A stretch of DNA of 64,000 nucleotides from an uncultured Paraburkholderia sp. (GCA_966421005.1 CBJLAJ010000011.1:10202-74201); one strand, 5' to 3'. Shown: positions 10,288 to 22,983, numbered from the stretch's first letter. Notes: generated from the letters alone by a model not told the origin. Made by a program: numbers and translations.

Positions 10288-10920
10288 ATGACGTACGCGG
10301 TCAAGGAAATTTTTTACACGCTGCAGGGCGAAGGTGCGAACGCCGGCCGGCCTGCCGTGTTTTGCCGGTTCGCCGGCTGCAATCTATGGTCGGGCCGGGA
10401 AGAAGACCGCGCGCAAGCCGTTTGCCGCTTTTGCGATACGGACTTCGTCGGCACCGACGGCGAGAACGGCGGCAAGTATCGCGACGCGGCTGCTCTCGTG
10501 GAGACCATCGCTTCGCTGTGGCCGGCCGGCGAAGCGCACCGCTTTGTCGTGTGCACCGGTGGCGAGCCGATGCTGCAAATCGATGCCGCATTCGTGGATG
10601 CGCTGCACGCGGCGGACTTCGAAGTGGCTATCGAAACGAATGGCACGCTGCCCGTGCTCGAATCGATCGATTGGGTGTGCGTGAGCCCGAAGGCGGATGC
10701 ACCGCTCGTGGTGACGAAAGGTAACGAGTTGAAGGTCGTGATTCCGCAGGACAATCAACGCCTCGCGGAGTACGCTTTGCTCGATTTCGAGCATTTTCTC
10801 GTTCAACCGATGGACGGGCCCGCGCGCGAACTCAATACGCGGCTCGCGATCGACTGGTGCAAACGCCATCCGTTGTGGCGGCTGTCGATGCAAACCCACA
10901 AGTATTTGAATATTCCCTGA
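10288..10920 (+). CDS. queE: 7-carboxy-7-deazaguanine synthase QueE (radical SAM, Burkholderia-type Cx14Cx2C)
   Basis: EIFYTLQGEG, RFAGCNLWSGREEDRAQAVCRFCDT, TGGEP, ETNG, RLSMQTHK. Confidence 0.95.
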   Translation: MTYAVKEIFYTLQGEGANAGRPAVFCRFAGCNLWSGREEDRAQAVCRFCDTDFVGTDGENGGKYRDAAALVETIASLWPAGEAHRFVVCTGGEPMLQIDAAFVDALHAADFEVAIETNGTLPVLESIDWVCVSPKADAPLVVTKGNELKVVIPQDNQRLAEYALLDFEHFLVQPMDGPARELNTRLAIDWCKRHPLWRLSMQTHKYLNIP

Positions 10921-10927
10921 GCTTGCT

Positions 10928-11377
10928 GTGCTGACGATTACCCGAAAACTTGAGTTCGATGCGGGGCACCGCATTCCCGATCACCGCAGTCAATGCCGCA
11001 ATCTGCACGGGCACCGCTATGTGCTGGAGATCACGCTGCAAGGCGATATCGTGGAGACGGAAGGCGCGCCCGATCGCGGCATGGTGATGGATTTCGCCGA
11101 TGTGAAATCGCTGGCGATGGAGCATCTCGTGAACCGCTGGGATCACGCGTTTCTCGTCTATGCCGGGGATACGCCAGTGCGCACGTTTCTCGAATCGATG
11201 CCCGGACACAAGACAGTCGTACTCGAGCGCATCCCGACCGTCGAGAATCTGGCGGCCATTGCGTTCGAGACGCTGGCCGCGGTCTACGACGCCCACTATG
11301 GCGTGAACCTGCGCCTCGCGCGCGTGCGGCTCTACGAAACGCCGAACTGCTGGGCCGATTTCACGCGCGACGCTTAG
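10928..11377 (+). CDS. queD: 6-carboxy-5,6,7,8-tetrahydropterin synthase QueD
   Basis: FDAGHRIP, CRNLHGHRY, DFADVK, PTVENLA, LYETPNC; in operon with queC and queE. Confidence 0.92.
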   Translation: MLTITRKLEFDAGHRIPDHRSQCRNLHGHRYVLEITLQGDIVETEGAPDRGMVMDFADVKSLAMEHLVNRWDHAFLVYAGDTPVRTFLESMPGHKTVVLERIPTVENLAAIAFETLAAVYDAHYGVNLRLARVRLYETPNCWADFTRDA

Positions 11378-11431
11378 GTCCCCTTGTCGCGGTATGATCG
11401 TGACGACCCGGTTGGCGCGAGGAGATGCACC

Positions 11432-12166
11432 ATGAGCCCGTTCACGAATCCTCTGAAAGCGTTGGCGGCGCTTGTGCTGGCTCTAGCCGCGACCGGTCTG
11501 GCCGAGTTCGCGCGTGCCGAAGGCCCCACTACACTCCCCGGTGTACCGCAGGCGGCGGCCGACGCCGAGACGCAAAGTGCGGTGGCCGATTACAACGCCG
11601 GCGCATTCGATGCCGCGCTCAAAGGGTTTCGCCATGCTGCCGAGCATGGCAGCAGGCTTGCCGAGTTCGATTACGCGATGATGCTGCTCAATGGCGAAGG
11701 CGGGCCGGCGAACGTCGAAGAGGGCCGCAAGTGGTTGCGCAAAGCGGCCGACGCGGACATGTCGCACGCACAGTACGTCTACGGCAGGATGTATGACGAT
11801 GGCGAGTTCGTCGCGCGCGACCCGGCCGAAGCACACCGCTGGTTTCTCAAGGCGGCGCGGCAAGGTCATGTGCAAGCGCAGCTTTCGCTGGCGAATCAGT
11901 TTCTCGACGGGCGCGGCACCCCGCGCGACAACCAGCAGGCGTTCTATTGGTATAAAAAAGCCGCGGAGGGCGGCGATGCCACGGCGCAATACGTGGCGGG
12001 TTCGTTTTACGAACGCGGTGGGGACGGCGTAATGCGCAATCTGAATATCGCCCGTGCGTACTACGCGGCGGCCGCGGCGCAGGGCGATCCGGCGGCACGG
12101 CTCAAATTCAAGGAACTGAGCCTCGAATTGCAACGCGAGGCGAAGAGCGCGCCGAAACCGAACTAG
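11432..12166 (+). CDS. Exported Sel1-repeat protein
   Basis: Signal peptide followed by Sel1 repeats (WLRKAADAD, WFLKAARQGHVQAQ, WYKKAAEGGDATAQ). Confidence 0.88.
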   Translation: MSPFTNPLKALAALVLALAATGLAEFARAEGPTTLPGVPQAAADAETQSAVADYNAGAFDAALKGFRHAAEHGSRLAEFDYAMMLLNGEGGPANVEEGRKWLRKAADADMSHAQYVYGRMYDDGEFVARDPAEAHRWFLKAARQGHVQAQLSLANQFLDGRGTPRDNQQAFYWYKKAAEGGDATAQYVAGSFYERGGDGVMRNLNIARAYYAAAAAQGDPAARLKFKELSLELQREAKSAPKPN

Positions 12167-12185
12167 CGCCAGACCCTGTGCGGGG

Positions 12186-13334
12186 TCAGCTCTTCATCAG
12201 TCGTTTATGCCGTCCAACGCTCATGATGAGCCCCACGGCGATGCCGAGCGTCGTCAGCGCGGTGCCGCCGTAGCTCATGAACGGCAGGGGTACGCCCACG
12301 ACGGGCAGCACTCCGCTCACCATTCCAATGTTGACGAACGCGTAGGTGAAAAACGCCATCGTCAGCGAACCGGCCAGCAATCGCCCAAACAACGTCGCGC
12401 CATTCGCGGCGATAAACAATCCGCGCGCGATCAGCGCCGTATAGAGCAATAGCAGGACCACCTCGCCGATCAGCCCGAATTCCTCCGAGAAGACGGCAAA
12501 GATGAAGTCCGTGTGTTTTTCGGGGATGAAGTCTAGATGAGCCTGCGTGCCCTTGAGCCAGCCCTTGCCGAGCGGGCCGCCCGAGCCGATCGCAATGACC
12601 GCCTGGATCGTGTGGAACCCCTTGCCGAGCGGATCGGATGTCGGATCGAGCAGCGTGCAGATGCGGTGCTTCTGATAATCGTGCATGAGCGGCCATTGCA
12701 CTTCGGGCTGACAGATCCGGTCCTGAAATACGGCGATCGAGCCGGCGGCGACGACGACGGCGATGAGCACGGGCGCGATCAATTTGAACGAGAGTCCCGC
12801 AAAGTAAATAACGAAGAAACCCGCCGCGAACACGAGCATGGCCGTGCCGAGATCGGGCTGCTTGGCGATCAGACCGACCGGCAGCAGCAATAATGCGAAG
12901 CCCACGATGAAGTCGTACCACCGCAGGCCGGCTTCGCGTTTTTGGTAATACCAGGCCAGCATCAGCGGCGTGGCAATTTTGAGGATTTCGGAAGGTTGAA
13001 TGACGACGCCGACGTTGATCCAGCGTTTGGCGCCTTTTTTCGTGATGCCAAAGGCCGCCACGCCGATGAGCAACGCGATACCGAACGTATAAAGCGGTAC
13101 CGCGAAGCGCATCAGCGTGGTGGGCGGCACAGTGGCGAGCACCCACATCAGAAAGAACGTGAGCACGATGTTGCGCATTTGATCTTCCACGCGGCCCGGA
13201 ACGTCGAGGCTCGCGCTGTACAGCGTGACGATACCGACGCACAGCAGCAGAAAGACCGTCAGCGCGAGCGGGCGATCGAAGCCGGTGAACATGCTCTTGA
13301 GCCGTTCGAGCCAGACGCGTTTATCGAAATTCAA
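12186..13334 (-). CDS. rodA: Rod shape-determining SEDS protein RodA
   Basis: GAKRWI, QPSEILK, QPDLGT, IPEKHTDFIFAV, PLPFMSYGG; TTG start. Confidence 0.96.
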   Translation of the reverse strand: MNFDKRVWLERLKSMFTGFDRPLALTVFLLLCVGIVTLYSASLDVPGRVEDQMRNIVLTFFLMWVLATVPPTTLMRFAVPLYTFGIALLIGVAAFGITKKGAKRWINVGVVIQPSEILKIATPLMLAWYYQKREAGLRWYDFIVGFALLLLPVGLIAKQPDLGTAMLVFAAGFFVIYFAGLSFKLIAPVLIAVVVAAGSIAVFQDRICQPEVQWPLMHDYQKHRICTLLDPTSDPLGKGFHTIQAVIAIGSGGPLGKGWLKGTQAHLDFIPEKHTDFIFAVFSEEFGLIGEVVLLLLYTALIARGLFIAANGATLFGRLLAGSLTMAFFTYAFVNIGMVSGVLPVVGVPLPFMSYGGTALTTLGIAVGLIMSVGRHKRLMKS

Positions 13335-13345
13335 GTGGCCCTCCG

Positions 13346-15601
13346 TTAATCGTCGGCGCCGGCCGAGGCCGGCATCGCGCTCGCCGTCCCCGAGGTCCGC
13401 ATTGCGCGATTCTCGCGCGCGGGTGCCACGGCATCGACCGATCCGGTGTGTGGCTTGGGCGGTGTCGGTGTGGGCGCAGACGCCGACGCAGACGGGGCCG
13501 CTAACGAAGCCGACGCCGGAGCCGGCGCGGCGGTGGCCGAGGCCGGAACGTCGGGCAGCGGCAGCGGTTTGAAGCCCGGCGCGACGGTGACAGCCGCGAC
13601 CCCGCTCGCTGGCTGCGCAGCGGTGGTTTGCCCGATCGCGGGCTCCGACGCTGCCTCCGTCGCCGAGGCCGCGGTCGCCACCGCGGCTTGCAGCACGCCG
13701 GGCTTGTTGCGTTGAAGCAGGTAATAGTCGAGCACGTTGCGCACGATCGGCGCGGCGACGCTCGCCCCCCAGCCGCCGTTCTCGACGATGACGGCGACGG
13801 CGATCTGCGGATGATCGGCCGGTGCGAACGCGATGAAAAGCGAGTGATCGCGTAAATGTTCGGCCAGCGCGCCGCCATGATATTTCTGGCCTTGCAGCGA
13901 AAACACCTGCGCGGTCCCCGTCTTGCCGCCGACGAGATACGGCGAATTGCGGAAAACCTGATACGCCGTGCCCGATGGGTTGCTCGTGACGGCAACCATC
14001 GCTCGCTTCACGAGATCGAGATCGGACTGGGTAACTGATGTAATGCGCCCGCTTTCGTGCGGCACGGTGAGCCGCATTTGATGCGAGATCGGATTCTCGA
14101 TTTCCTTGACGAGGTGGGGACGCATGATGACGCCGTCGTTGGCCAGCGTTGCCGTCGCGTGTGCAAGCTGCAGCATCGTGAACGAGTTGTAACCCTGGCC
14201 GATGCCAAGGCTGATCGTTTCGCCTTCATACCAGCGCTGCTGCTCGGGCTTGCGATACGCCTTTTTCTTCCAGTCCGTCGACGGCAGAATGCCGCGCGCC
14301 TCGCCCGCGATGTCGATACCCGTGATCTGACCGAAGCCCCACGGCTTCATGAAGTTCGCGATGTTGTTGACGCCGAGGTCGTGCGCGAGCATGTAGAAGT
14401 AGGTGTCGTTCGACACCATGATCGCGCGGTTCATGTCGATCCAGCCCTGCCCCTGTGGCACGTCGTTGCGAAACGTGTGGCCGGCGAACGTATAAAAGCC
14501 CGGATCGTGGAACCCCCATTCCGGCGTGCGCTTTTTCAGCGCGAGCGCGGCCAGCGCCATGAACGGCTTGTAGGTCGAACCCGGCGGATAAGCGCTGTGA
14601 AGCGGCCGATTCAAGAGCGGATGGTCGGGTGAATTGTTCAGTGCATCCCAGGTCGGCTGATCGATGCCGTCGACGAACGCGTTCGGATCGAAGCTCGGTG
14701 CCGAGACGAACGCGAGCACGTCGCCTGTCGCGGGCTCGATGGCCACGAGCGCGCCGCGTTTTCCCGCAAACGCCTGTTCCGCCACTTGCTGCAGCCCGAT
14801 ATCGAGCGACAGCACCAGATTGTTGCCCGGCGTCGCCTGGGTTCGCGAGAGCGTGCGCACCGGGCGGCCGCCTGCCGTGACTTCGACTTCCTCGAAACCG
14901 GTCAGGCCGTGCAGCTCGGTCTCATAGCTCTGCTCGACCCCGATCTTGCCGATGTAGTCGGTGCCTTTGTAATTGTTTGCGTCGAGCCGCGGATCGTAAT
15001 GGTCCGGGTCGCTGTCGTTTTCCTCGCTGGCCGCGTCGATGCGCTCCTGATCGCGCTGCGAAATCCGCCCGATATAACCGATCACGTGGGCCGCCGTCAC
15101 CCCGAGCGGATATTGACGGAAGAGCCGCGCGCGTACGTCGACACCCGGAAAACGAAAGCGCTGTGCCGTGAAGCGTGCGACTTCCTCGTCGGTGAGCCGG
15201 GTACGGATCGGCAGACTCTCGAAGTTCTTCGAGTCTTCCAACAGTTTCTTGAAGCGGCGCCGGTCGACAGCATCGATGTTGACGACGGTGGCGAGCTTGT
15301 CGATGACATGGTCGAGCGAGTCGTCGAGCTTCGATGGTGTGATTTCGAGCGTGTACGCCGAGTAGTTGCGCGCGAGCACGACGCCGTTACGATCGGTGAT
15401 GACGCCGCGGTTTGGCACGATCGGCGCGACCGAGATCCGATTTTCGTCCGCCTGCAGCGAGTACTTGCTGTAATGCCAGACCTGCAGAAAGAGAAAACGG
15501 AAGACGAGCAGCCCGAAGCACACCAGCACGAATATGCCCGCGGCGGCAACGCGCACGCGAAACCGCGAGAGCTGCTGCTGAGTGTTCTTGAATTCGGTCA
15601 T
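13346..15601 (-). CDS. mrdA: Penicillin-binding protein 2
   Basis: N-terminal TM, RGVITDRNG, STYK (SxxK), SND, KTG; Ala/Pro-rich C-terminal tail. Confidence 0.96.
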   Translation of the reverse strand: MTEFKNTQQQLSRFRVRVAAAGIFVLVCFGLLVFRFLFLQVWHYSKYSLQADENRISVAPIVPNRGVITDRNGVVLARNYSAYTLEITPSKLDDSLDHVIDKLATVVNIDAVDRRRFKKLLEDSKNFESLPIRTRLTDEEVARFTAQRFRFPGVDVRARLFRQYPLGVTAAHVIGYIGRISQRDQERIDAASEENDSDPDHYDPRLDANNYKGTDYIGKIGVEQSYETELHGLTGFEEVEVTAGGRPVRTLSRTQATPGNNLVLSLDIGLQQVAEQAFAGKRGALVAIEPATGDVLAFVSAPSFDPNAFVDGIDQPTWDALNNSPDHPLLNRPLHSAYPPGSTYKPFMALAALALKKRTPEWGFHDPGFYTFAGHTFRNDVPQGQGWIDMNRAIMVSNDTYFYMLAHDLGVNNIANFMKPWGFGQITGIDIAGEARGILPSTDWKKKAYRKPEQQRWYEGETISLGIGQGYNSFTMLQLAHATATLANDGVIMRPHLVKEIENPISHQMRLTVPHESGRITSVTQSDLDLVKRAMVAVTSNPSGTAYQVFRNSPYLVGGKTGTAQVFSLQGQKYHGGALAEHLRDHSLFIAFAPADHPQIAVAVIVENGGWGASVAAPIVRNVLDYYLLQRNKPGVLQAAVATAASATEAASEPAIGQTTAAQPASGVAAVTVAPGFKPLPLPDVPASATAAPAPASASLAAPSASASAPTPTPPKPHTGSVDAVAPARENRAMRTSGTASAMPASAGADD

Positions 15602-15620
15602 GCTTGCGGGCTCGCTTCTC

Positions 15621-16133
15621 TCAGATCGGCCGCGTGTCGTCCGGATCGGCCGGACGGCGTTGCGGCATCAAGAGCAGCGTGCAAGCGAGCGGCCAGAGCG
15701 CCGCTTCGACGAAACCGTGCACGAGATAACCCCAGCCCGGGAATGCCGCGCCCATCACGAGCCGTGTAATGAACGGCACGAGCTGAGCAATGACGAGCAG
15801 CGGCGCCACAGCGAACACTTGCAGACCGCGCGGCATCCAGAGCACGCGGCGGTGGATCGTGATCGCGCCGTATGAAAGCAACGTGTAGGCGAGCGCGTGT
15901 TCGCCGAGCAGGCTTGCATCGTGTACGTCCATCAGCAAGCCGAGAAAAAATGCGATGCCCATGCCGACCTTGCGCGGCTGATGCACATTCCAGAACAGCA
16001 CGACGAGCGCGACGAAATCGGGCACGCCGATCAGATGGCCCCACGGCATCAGATTCAGCAGGAACGCCGCCGCGAGACTGAACGCGATGAAGTACGGATT
16101 GACGGGCAGCAGGATGTATTGCGGGCGGTTCAT
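15621..16133 (-). CDS. mreD: Rod shape-determining protein MreD
   Basis: PDFVALVVLFWNVHQPRKVG, GLLMDVH, LGEHALAY; operon position. Confidence 0.93.
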   Translation of the reverse strand: MNRPQYILLPVNPYFIAFSLAAAFLLNLMPWGHLIGVPDFVALVVLFWNVHQPRKVGMGIAFFLGLLMDVHDASLLGEHALAYTLLSYGAITIHRRVLWMPRGLQVFAVAPLLVIAQLVPFITRLVMGAAFPGWGYLVHGFVEAALWPLACTLLLMPQRRPADPDDTRPI

Positions 16134-17206
16134 CGATGTGCTCCCGCCGGCACCGCGGCCTGCGTTGTCGGGCGATCGGCGGGCTTTGCCGCGGGCGGCT
16201 GCGCGCCCGCTGGCTTCTCGCCTGTTTTCGGTGCGGCGTTCGGGGAGCCTTTTTCCGCGCCGGGTTCTGCGCCTTTCTCACCCTTTGGTCCTTTATCCGC
16301 GGCTTTGCCGGCTTTTTTGCCCTTTGCGTCCTTGGCGTTCGTGTCCGGCTGCGGCTCCGGGCGTGGCGGCAGATTGCTCTGGTAATGGAGAACGAGGACG
16401 TCGCGCGCGCCGCGCACTTTGGCGACGGGCACGCAGAGGACGCGCGCGAACGCCGTATCGGCCAGCTTGTCGACGCGCGCAACCTTCGCGACGGGCAGCC
16501 CTGGCGGATAGACGCCATCGAGCCCGCTCGTGACGAGTTCGTCGCCCACGACGATATCGGCGCTGATCGGCACGAACCGCAGCTCCAACGCATTGCCCGC
16601 CTGGGTGCCGTAGACGACGCCTCGCAGCCCCGTACGAACGATCTGCACGGGCACAGCCTGGTCCTTGTCCGTGAGCAGCGTCACTTCGGCCTGCATCGGA
16701 AACACGCGCGTGACCTGGCCGACCATGCCGTCCTCACTGACGACAGGCGAGCCGTTTTGAATGCCTTGTTGCGAACCACGGCCGATCACGACCTTTTGCG
16801 TGAACGGATCGCGCGTATCGTATTGAATCTCAGCGGGTGTCGTTTGCGTGCCGATTTCGCGGGTGAGATCGAGCAGTGCCCGCAGGTGAGCGTTTTCCGC
16901 CGCAAGCGAGGCATTCCGATTGGCTTCGGTCGACAGCTGCAGGTTTTTCGCGGCGAGCTTCTGGTTGTCGCTGCGCAATGTCACCGTCGATACGGCAAAG
17001 CTCGTGGCACCGAGCGCGAGATCGCGCGGGACCAATGCCGCGCGCTGCAGCGGATAGAGCCCGACATCGAGCACGCCGCGCACGACATCCAGCGTCTTGA
17101 AACGAGCGTCCGAGATCAGCAGCGCGAGTGCGAGCGCAACGAAAAAAATGAGCCGCGCAAGTGCGGAGGGGCCTTGCTTGAAGAGAGGCGGCGGACTGTA
17201 TTCCAT
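16130..17206 (-). CDS. mreC: Rod shape-determining protein MreC
   Basis: MEYSPPPLFKQG, coiled coil, GMVGQVTRV, LVTSGLDGVYPPGLPVA; Lys/Pro-rich tail. Confidence 0.95.
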   Translation of the reverse strand: MEYSPPPLFKQGPSALARLIFFVALALALLISDARFKTLDVVRGVLDVGLYPLQRAALVPRDLALGATSFAVSTVTLRSDNQKLAAKNLQLSTEANRNASLAAENAHLRALLDLTREIGTQTTPAEIQYDTRDPFTQKVVIGRGSQQGIQNGSPVVSEDGMVGQVTRVFPMQAEVTLLTDKDQAVPVQIVRTGLRGVVYGTQAGNALELRFVPISADIVVGDELVTSGLDGVYPPGLPVAKVARVDKLADTAFARVLCVPVAKVRGARDVLVLHYQSNLPPRPEPQPDTNAKDAKGKKAGKAADKGPKGEKGAEPGAEKGSPNAAPKTGEKPAGAQPPAAKPADRPTTQAAVPAGAHR

Positions 17207-17305
17207 GGTCGACGCCGAGGGCGTGATTGTTGGCGGGCGGCGGCGCAGTGCTTCAGCGCACCGGAAGATCCGGCGACGCCGTATGCGCCGCGCCCGCGAA
17301 GCTCA

Positions 17306-18538
<1,233 letters not shown>

Positions 18539-18741
18539 TCAGCGCCAAAAACCCCTGCGAGGGACGGTCCGGGTTTGGTTCGAACGCGTAATGATACCTT
18601 ATAATTTCGACCTATTTGTAGTAAACGGACGGTCCTTTTTGCCGTTCCCGGCCCGCCATTCGGGGGTCGGAAACGACACTCCCCCGGCTTGCCCGGCACC
18701 GCTTCGCGCGCCGCGCATGGCCCTTTTTTCCGGTGAGACGC

Positions 18742-19041
18742 ATGGCTTTGACCCTGACCGATGTGAAACGCATCGCCCATCTCGCGCGGCTCGAGCTGCC
18801 CGATGCCGACGCCGAAACGACGCTCGCCCAGCTCAACGAGTTTTTCGGGCTCGTCGAGCAGATGCAGGCAGTCGACACGGCCGGCATCGCTCCGCTCGCG
18901 CACCCGATCGAGCAGATCGAGGATGTCGCGTTGCGGCTAAGGGATGATGCCGTCACGGAGACCGTCGCGCGCGAGTCCAATCAGCGCTGCGCGCCGGCCG
19001 TCCAGGACGGCCTTTACCTCGTACCCAAGGTGATCGAGTAA
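18742..19041 (+). CDS. gatC: Asp/Glu-tRNA amidotransferase subunit C
   Basis: [17 protein letters not shown]...LRDDAV...YLVPKVIE. Confidence 0.95.
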   Translation: MALTLTDVKRIAHLARLELPDADAETTLAQLNEFFGLVEQMQAVDTAGIAPLAHPIEQIEDVALRLRDDAVTETVARESNQRCAPAVQDGLYLVPKVIE

Positions 19042-19074
19042 CCGAACCGGCTTCAAGACAGGAACGAATCAGAC

Positions 19075-20562
19075 ATGCACGCCAACAGTTTGACCGAGCT
19101 CTCCCGCGCGCTCGCGACGCGGCAGATCTCGGCAGTCGAGCTCGCGCAGCTCTTTCTCGCGCGCATCGAATCCGCGCGCGACTTGAACGCCTTCATCGAA
19201 GTCGCACCCGAGCGGACGCTCGAAGCGGCGCGCGCGGCCGATGCCCGCATCGCCGCGGGCGACGCCGGCCCGCTGACCGGCGTGCCGGTGGCCCACAAGG
19301 ACGTGTTCGTGACGCGCGACTGGCACTCGACGGCCGGCTCGAAAATGCTCGCCGGCTACGAGAGCCCGTTCGATGCGACCGTCGTCGAGCGGCTCGCGCG
19401 CGCCGGCATGGTGACGCTCGGCAAGACCAACATGGACGAGTTCGCCATGGGCTCGTCGAACGAAAACTCCGCGTTCGGGCCCGTGCGCAATCCGTGGGAT
19501 ACGCGGGCCGTACCGGGGGGCTCGTCGGGCGGTTCCGCCGCGGCTGTCGCCGCTCGGCTCGCACCCGCTGCGACGGCCACCGATACGGGCGGCTCGATCC
19601 GCCAGCCCGCGTCGTTTTCGGGTGTGACGGGCATCAAGCCGACTTACGGTCGTGTGTCGCGTTACGGCATGATCGCGTTCGCCTCGTCGCTGGATCAGGG
19701 CGGTCCGATGGCGAAGAGCGCCGAAGACTGCGCGCTCCTGCTCAATGCGATGGCCGGCTTCGACGAGCGCGATTCCACGAGTCTCGAACGCGAGGATGAG
19801 GATTTCGGCCGCTATCTCGGCAAGCCCTGGCATGCCGACGGCAATGCGGACAAGCCGCTCGCCGGCTTGCGCATCGGCTTGCCGAACGAGTATTTCGGCG
19901 CCGGTCTGGCGGATGACGTCCGCGCGGCCGTGGATGCCGCGCTCAAGGAATACGAGGCGCTCGGCGCGACGCTCGTGCCCGTTTCGCTGCCGAAGACCGA
20001 GTTGTCGATCCCGGTCTATTACGTGATCGCGCCGGCCGAGGCATCGTCGAATCTTTCGCGTTTCGACGGCGTGCGCTACGGTCACCGCGCGGCTCAGTAT
20101 CGCGATCTGCTCGACATGTACAAGAAGTCGCGCGCCGAAGGGTTCGGTCCCGAGGTCAAGCGCCGGATTCTCGTCGGCACCTATGTGCTTTCGCACGGCT
20201 ACTACGATGCCTATTACCTGCAGGCGCAGAAGATTCGCCGCATCATCGCGCAGGATTTCCAGGAAGCTTTCCGCCAGTGCGATGTCATCATGGGGCCCGT
20301 CGCGCCCACGGTGGCATGGGATATCGGCGCAAAAGGCGACGATCCCGTGCAGATGTACCTGGCGGATGTCTACACACTCTCGGTGAGCCTCGCCGGCCTG
20401 CCCGGCATGAGCGTGCCGTGCGGCTTCGGCGCAGGTGCGGGCGCAAAGCGCCCCGTGGGCTTGCAGATCGTCGGCAATTACTTCAACGAGGCCCGGATGT
20501 TGCAGATCGCTCACGCGTTTCAGCGAGCGACCGCCTGGCACCAACAAGCGCCGGAGGCATGA
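19075..20562 (+). CDS. gatA: Asp/Glu-tRNA amidotransferase subunit A
   Basis: Amidase signature [31 protein letters not shown]. Confidence 0.97.
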   Translation: MHANSLTELSRALATRQISAVELAQLFLARIESARDLNAFIEVAPERTLEAARAADARIAAGDAGPLTGVPVAHKDVFVTRDWHSTAGSKMLAGYESPFDATVVERLARAGMVTLGKTNMDEFAMGSSNENSAFGPVRNPWDTRAVPGGSSGGSAAAVAARLAPAATATDTGGSIRQPASFSGVTGIKPTYGRVSRYGMIAFASSLDQGGPMAKSAEDCALLLNAMAGFDERDSTSLEREDEDFGRYLGKPWHADGNADKPLAGLRIGLPNEYFGAGLADDVRAAVDAALKEYEALGATLVPVSLPKTELSIPVYYVIAPAEASSNLSRFDGVRYGHRAAQYRDLLDMYKKSRAEGFGPEVKRRILVGTYVLSHGYYDAYYLQAQKIRRIIAQDFQEAFRQCDVIMGPVAPTVAWDIGAKGDDPVQMYLADVYTLSVSLAGLPGMSVPCGFGAGAGAKRPVGLQIVGNYFNEARMLQIAHAFQRATAWHQQAPEA

Positions 20563-22034
20563 TCATGCAGTGGGAAGTCGTAATCGGCATCGAGACGCAC
20601 GCACAGCTCTCGACAGCCTCGAAGATCTTTTCGGGCGCTTCGACGCGCTTCGGCGCCGAGCCCAACACACAGGCATGCGCCGTCGATCTGGCATTGCCGG
20701 GCGTATTGCCGGTCATGAACAAGGGGGCGGTCGAGCGGGCGATCCGCCTCGGGTTGGCCGTGGGAGCGACGGTCGCGCCGCGCAGCATCTTCGCGCGCAA
20801 GAACTACTTCTACCCCGATCTGCCGAAGGGCTACCAGATCAGCCAGTACGAAATACCTGTCGTGCAGGGCGGCAATATCACGATCCAGGTGCCCGCCAAC
20901 GAGAAGTCGGGTGCCGCCGCCTATGAAAAGACGATCCGGTTGACGCGCGCGCACCTCGAGGAGGACGCCGGCAAATCGCTGCACGAGGATTTCGCGGGCA
21001 TGACGGGGATCGATCTGAATCGAGCCGGCACGCCGCTGCTCGAGATCGTGACCGAGCCCGACATGCGCAGCGCGGCAGAGGCCGTCGCTTACGCCAAGTC
21101 GCTGCACGCGCTCGTCGTGTGGCTGGGCATTTGCGACGGCAACATGCAGGAAGGATCGTTCCGTTGCGACGCCAACGTCTCGGTGCGGCCGGTAGGACAG
21201 GAGCAGTTCGGTACGCGTGCCGAGATCAAGAACCTCAATTCATTCCGTTTTCTCGAAGAAGCGATTCAGTACGAGGTGCGCCGGCAGATCGAATTGATCG
21301 AGGATGGCGGCACCGTGGTGCAGGAGACGCGCCTTTACGATCCGGACAAACGCGAAACGCGTTCGATGCGCAGCAAGGAAGACGCGCACGACTATCGCTA
21401 TTTCCCGGACCCGGACCTGATGCCGCTCATGATCGATGCGGGCTGGATCGAGCGCGTGAAGCGCGAGATGCCCGAGTTGCCGGCGGCCATGCAGGAACGG
21501 TTCGTGCAGCAGTATGGGTTGACGCCGTACGACGCGGCCGTGCTGACTTCGAGCAAGGCGATGGCGGCCTACTTCGAAGCGGTCGTCGCAAAGCTCGGCG
21601 CCGCGCAGGCGAAGACGGCGGCGAACTGGTTGATGGGCGAAGTCTCGTCGCAACTCAATCGCGACGGTCTCGACATCGAAGCGTGCCCGGTCTCGGCGGC
21701 GCAGCTGGCGCTCGTGCTGCAACGGATTGCCGACGGCACGATATCGAACAAGATCGCCAAGGAAATTTTCCTGGGCATCTGGGACGAGAAGGCGACCGAT
21801 GAAGCCGCCGCGGACCGCATCATCGAGGCGAAGGGCTTGAAGCAGATCTCCGATACCGGAGCGCTCGAGGCGATCATCGATGAAGTGCTCGCGGCCAATC
21901 CGAAATCTGTCGACGAATACCGGGCAGGCAAGGAAAAGGCGTTCAACGCATTGATCGGGCAAGCGATGAAGGCGACCAAAGGTAAAGCCAACCCGCAGCA
22001 GGTCAACGAGCTCTTGAAGAAGAAGCTCTCGTGA
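20559..22034 (+). CDS. gatB: Asp/Glu-tRNA amidotransferase subunit B
   Basis: [40 protein letters not shown]; C-terminal YqeY-like domain. Confidence 0.97.
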   Translation: MIMQWEVVIGIETHAQLSTASKIFSGASTRFGAEPNTQACAVDLALPGVLPVMNKGAVERAIRLGLAVGATVAPRSIFARKNYFYPDLPKGYQISQYEIPVVQGGNITIQVPANEKSGAAAYEKTIRLTRAHLEEDAGKSLHEDFAGMTGIDLNRAGTPLLEIVTEPDMRSAAEAVAYAKSLHALVVWLGICDGNMQEGSFRCDANVSVRPVGQEQFGTRAEIKNLNSFRFLEEAIQYEVRRQIELIEDGGTVVQETRLYDPDKRETRSMRSKEDAHDYRYFPDPDLMPLMIDAGWIERVKREMPELPAAMQERFVQQYGLTPYDAAVLTSSKAMAAYFEAVVAKLGAAQAKTAANWLMGEVSSQLNRDGLDIEACPVSAAQLALVLQRIADGTISNKIAKEIFLGIWDEKATDEAAADRIIEAKGLKQISDTGALEAIIDEVLAANPKSVDEYRAGKEKAFNALIGQAMKATKGKANPQQVNELLKKKLS

Positions 22035-22074
22035 AGCGGCACGGCGGCCGAGTTCGAAACGTGTGAATGACGGT

Positions 22075-22914
22075 ATGGCAAAACGAGCGCATCTGGACGA
22101 CTTTCGGGTCCCGTTTTTCGATGGCGGCAAGAAGAGCGGCGCCTTCCATCTGACGGACTTCGACTCGGCGGCCAAGCCGTTCTCGGCCGGCACCAAAGAG
22201 GCCGATCGGGAACGTCTGGCGGCGCTCGCCGTCAGGCTCGACGAAATGCAGGAGCGCTTGCACGCGCAACGCCGCGAGCGTGTCCTGCTCATTCTGCAAG
22301 GCATGGATACGAGCGGCAAGGACGGGACGATTCGCGCGGTGTTTCATGAGGTCGACCCGCTCGGCCTGCGCATCGTCCAGTTCCGTGCGCCGACACCGGA
22401 CGAAGCCGCCCATGACTTCCTGTGGCGGGTGCACGTTCATGCTCCTGCGGCCGGCGAGTTGACGATCTTCAATCGAAGCCATTATGAAGACGTGCTCGTG
22501 CCGCGCGTGCATGGCCAATTGAGCGACGAAGCATTCGCGGCCCGCGTGGGCCACATCCGTCACTTCGAAGCGCTGCTTGCGGACTCGGGAACGGCCATTC
22601 TCAAGTGTTTCCTGCATATTTCGAAGGAAGAGCAGCGCGGCCGCCTGCAGGCGCGCATCGACGATCCGACGAAGCACTGGAAGTTCGATGTCTCCGATCT
22701 CGATGCGCGCAAACAATGGGATGACTACCAGGCCGCTTACCGCGATACGTTGGCCGCCACATCGACCGACTATGCGCCCTGGTATGTCGTGCCAGCGGAT
22801 TCGAAATCGCATCGCAATGTGATGGTGGCGGCATTGCTGCTGCGCGTATTCGAAAGCCTTGCACTCGAGTACCCGCCGGCCAAGGAGTCCCTCACCGGTG
22901 TCACCGTCGTCTGA
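22075..22914 (+). CDS. Polyphosphate kinase 2 family (polyP:nucleotide phosphotransferase, class III-like)
   Basis: LQGMDTSGKDG Walker A, FNRSHYEDVL, FLHISKEEQ, PWYVVPAD. Confidence 0.9.
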   Translation: MAKRAHLDDFRVPFFDGGKKSGAFHLTDFDSAAKPFSAGTKEADRERLAALAVRLDEMQERLHAQRRERVLLILQGMDTSGKDGTIRAVFHEVDPLGLRIVQFRAPTPDEAAHDFLWRVHVHAPAAGELTIFNRSHYEDVLVPRVHGQLSDEAFAARVGHIRHFEALLADSGTAILKCFLHISKEEQRGRLQARIDDPTKHWKFDVSDLDARKQWDDYQAAYRDTLAATSTDYAPWYVVPADSKSHRNVMVAALLLRVFESLALEYPPAKESLTGVTVV

Positions 22915-22983
22915 GCGGTGCCTTCGGGATATCGAGCCGCAGTCGAAAACAACCAACAACGAACAACGAACAAGGAAACGAGC

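Noticed and set aside
9330-11377. queC-queE-queD as part of a Dpd-type 7-deazaguanine DNA-modification system, or with a preQ1 riboswitch
   Set aside because: No DpdA/TGT-like gene, helicase or nuclease is adjacent, the codon style is core-like, and the leader lacks the preQ1 stem plus A-rich tail. These are ordinary queuosine pathway genes.
13346-13700. Low-complexity tails (PBP2 Ala/Pro tail, MreC Lys/Pro tail, CobW His linker) as repeats or novel domains
   Set aside because: Typical disordered extensions in these families, with no nucleotide-level tandem repeat unit.
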